Source of the DNA: the human T2T-CHM13v2.0 reference genome, Homo sapiens
Direction: 5' to 3' (one strand)
Length of the DNA: 64,000 nt
Assembly (NCBI RefSeq): GCF_009914755.1
Contig: NC_060927.1
Part shown: in pieces, positions 53,972-64,000 of the stretch
Layout: every line of letters begins with the position of its first letter
How positions within the stretch are numbered: the stretch's first letter is position 1
The notes under the pieces: generated by a model
The model's input: the letters and a program-made list of their open reading frames with translations, nothing else
Database searches by the model: none
Told to the model about the DNA's origin: nothing
Made by a program: the position numbers and the translations under genes

Positions 53972-54676
53972 ATACCTGCATGAGATGGGCAGCTCAGGTC
54001 TTAAGGTCACATACAGTGCTTCAGTGGTCAAGTGTTCTGTTTAAATTAGAGTCCAATAGCAGGCTAGTAGCTGCCATTCAAAGGGAATGTATATGGCAAC
54101 CATCTTGGGTAATTTATATGTCCAAAACCCAAGGGCCTGGTGCATCCTGATAGCAGTCTCTTGTTGCCGCAGTATCCAATCTGTATGGGTAAGAGTCAAT
54201 GAGACCTGTAGTTCCATGGGCCTACATTAATGTCAGGCCCATGTTAATGCATAGTAGGCCTCTCGAGTCTGCTGTTGTTGAGGGCCCCATTCAGAGGTGG
54301 CTGTGTTGTGGGTAATTTTAACTAAAGGAGGCAAAATAATACTCAGATGTGATACATGTTATCTCCAATAGACAAACAGGCATACCAGCTATTGAGCTTC
54401 TTTTAGGTGGGGGCTGCCAAGGACAATATTTGACTTTATCAGGAATACTCCTCTAATTACTGGACCAGGTAGCTCCAGGGACTGCACTTGTTGGGCAAGT
54501 CTTGGGATCTTATCAGGGCTGACAACTCAACCTGCATGTGTCATATTATCTATGACCTTATGTATGGAGTGGTCAACTTGTTTCATAGGCTGGCAATGAG
54601 CATGTTATTAATATAGTGGATGACAAGTACTTTTCGAAGTAACTGGACATGTTGCAGGTCAGGGGAATGGAAGTAT

Positions 54677-56264
<1,588 letters not shown>

Positions 56265-56636
56265 GTTGCTAAAGATATATCCCTCCCAATCCCCTCACCC
56301 AAAGAACCAGGCCCAGTTACTTTTAGCAAGCCTTCAAGGAACAATTCCCATGTTATACAAACTCTCCATAGCAATAAGATAAACAAAATTTTTTCCAAAT
56401 TCTTTTGCAAAGCTAGCAAAGCATTACCAAATTGAATCTACTTCTGTACTTAATAAAAATTCACTATGAACAAATAGATTTTACTTGAAAAGTACAAGGA
56501 AATTGCAAATATTTGCAAACTTGTCAAGAAAATGAATTACAAAAAGAAAAAACCATAACTCATAAAATTACAATGATGGAGTTTTTAAACTTGATATAAT
56601 ATAGCAACCAATCCTAATAAAAACTTTTTAAGTATA

Positions 56637-60278
<3,642 letters not shown>

Positions 60279-60960
60279 CTATATATGTGTATACTTTGTA
60301 CATATGTGATACACATATCACCTTGTAAGTTAAGAACAATTTACAAAAACATTTAACAGTTACACATCGTAGCACCAGCTAATTTAAAGCATTAAGGCCA
60401 AATCAATAGAGGTATAAAAGAAACGAAAAACTATTTGAAGAAGAAAGTCTTTCAGAAATGGCATAAATCTTGAACATTGTGAAGGAAGTGATTAGCAAAC
60501 AGGAAGAAAAAGTTTTCTAGCTAGAAAACACAAAAATGATGAGAGGATGTAGCTTACAGTACAAATTTTTAAAGTAGCTGTGGAAGGAGATAGCCAAGGA
60601 GCAGGGAAGAATAATCTTGCAGAATGACTTAAAAAGTGACTTCACGTAAATGGTTCAGTGGAGGAACTGCAATAGAATAAAGGTAATATAACTGCTGTTC
60701 TTGAGAAATGCAGAATCTGATTATGGAATGCATACTAACAAGATAGAGTTTTAAATAGTTTTTTAAGAGAAAGAAGGGAACCTACAAGTTAATGACAGAT
60801 GTAATCCCCAATTTCCTACTAAGTAAGGATCAGACTAAGTTGCACCTACTCTCCCACCTTAGTGACCCAAGGAAAAGCAAGTAGGTATGGTCTCCACTGT
60901 GATTAGTGGTCTCCAAGGAGACCATGATGAACATCCTTCTTATAAAGACAGCTTAACTCA

Positions 60961-62479
<1,519 letters not shown>

Positions 62480-64000
62480 TCATTTCTTTTCCTGTTGAAG
62501 AAACAGAATCATAAAGAGCTAATGTACCTGAAAAAAAGTCACATTATGGTTAAGAAATGAGATGACACATTGAGAACAAGAGCAAAATGCTCAATTGTAT
62601 CTTAGGGATAGAAAAACAAGGAAGAAGAAGACGGTCAGTGGAGGAGGGTGGAAAAAAGATATTGAGCCAGCACAGCCAAGTCAGAAGGGTCACTGGAAAG
62701 CAAGAGACTGGATTGCAAAGCATGCTGTGATCTTATATAAGTCACTCTCACACTATGTCTCTTTAGCAAAATGGTAAACTTTGAGTTCCCTTCCAACCAT
62801 GACATTATATGGTTCCATGGTTCTCAGAAAAGATGTTGGGAGAGGGAAGGCTGGCAAATACCTCAAGTCAAATATAAGAAAGAGACAAGGAAAAGATGGG
62901 AATGAGTTGAGAAATTTCTACTATGAGTGTATGATTAGGAAAGCGTACAAAAAGGAGAGATGTTGTATGACAGGACAGTAACAAGATTTGGAGAAGCTAT
63001 CAGTTGAGAAAAGCTGGACAGCAGTATTGAAGGAGACAGCAGAGTTCTAAAAGTGGGGATGCCACTGGCCCTCAGAGCACTGGCCCGGTAGGAGCCAGTT
63101 GTGCACTCCCAGAAAAGATAACAGGGACATCAATCATTTGAAATATAAATTAAAATGCCTTTGATTATCTAGAATATAAAGGAAATGATCAGGTAAATAT
63201 TTGCCTTTTGGAATTCTGAATACAAAATCTGGGAGAAGGCAGAGTAATCATGGCCATGGAAAAACACCAAAATGTGGGTTCCTTTCAATCACATCTGAAT
63301 TGGGGCTACAGCCATCATGTCAGTTAGCCTATGGAAAGTTTAAGATGTTTGGGTGAAAGATTCCTAAGCCCACCCTTTCCAGAGTTGGCTACTGCCCTAT
63401 ATGCATCAATCATAGCACCTGCACTGCCAAGAAGCCCTTCCAGGAAACTGCACTGCCCCAGTCTTTGCAGAGAGCAACACTTAGGCAACCATGCTCTGTG
63501 GCAAGTGATCCTGAACATCATCCCATGATGGACTGCAAGTGATTGGACCAGTACCAGGTACCAGACCCAAGGGCAGCTTATCTGTAGGTTAGTCTTCAGC
63601 CTCTGCCATGGCCTGGGCCAAAGCTCTGCCCAACCGAGATGATGAGTAATGGCTATAGCAATGGGAATCTGTCTCTAAGGAAATTCGGAACTGGAAGTAG
63701 GGCAAAATTACGAGTGGTAATGGAATCTGAAGTGATACATGGAGAGAAGCCAAGCCATTAGGAGACACAGCAAGCAACAAATATAAGGGAACAGGAAGTA
63801 CAATTAGGAAAGAGCTACGAAAAGGACAAAAGATTCACAGTGAAGAAAATGGGCAGCAGGAGGAGTACAAGCAGAGAGAAAACAGATACACTGCGAGCAG
63901 CTGCATTACATTCACACCAGAACACAGGCATCAACATGCATTTGCTTTTGCTGTTCAGGCTCCCAGGCTGCCCTGAGTCAAGGCCCTACTTCCCACAGTC

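Overview
Human-type (primate) genomic DNA from the SCAN/KRAB zinc-finger cluster I recognise as chr3p21.31. The minus strand carries the complete coding sequence of ZNF445, the SCAN-KRAB-C2H2 imprinting-maintenance factor. It has six coding exons between 17394 and 8418 that join through canonical GT-AG junctions to 3096 nt (1031 aa), a CpG-island promoter and exon 1 near 39.2-39.7 kb, and a presumed long 3' UTR running toward the window start. The last (13-finger) exon of ZNF852, a ZKSCAN7 paralogue, lies at 60995-62445 on the minus strand; its upstream exons are beyond the window. The rest is mostly repeats: more than 40 Alus, L1 fragments, a two-LTR LTR8/HUERS-P1 provirus in the long 5' intron of ZNF445, a fragmented class III (ERV-L-like) provirus that carries an env remnant, MER41, LTR37 and MaLR LTRs, and two decayed retrocopies (MAP7-family, probably MAP7D3, and histone H3.3). 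I see no wholly new biological system. The most notable details are the env-bearing ERV-L fossil, a short templated insertion copied from an Alu junction, a frame-intact ZNF852 C-terminus, a STAT-motif spacing change in MER41, and uORFs plus a candidate Alu exon in the ZNF445 leader. Repeat family names come from recalled consensus sequences, not from a database search.
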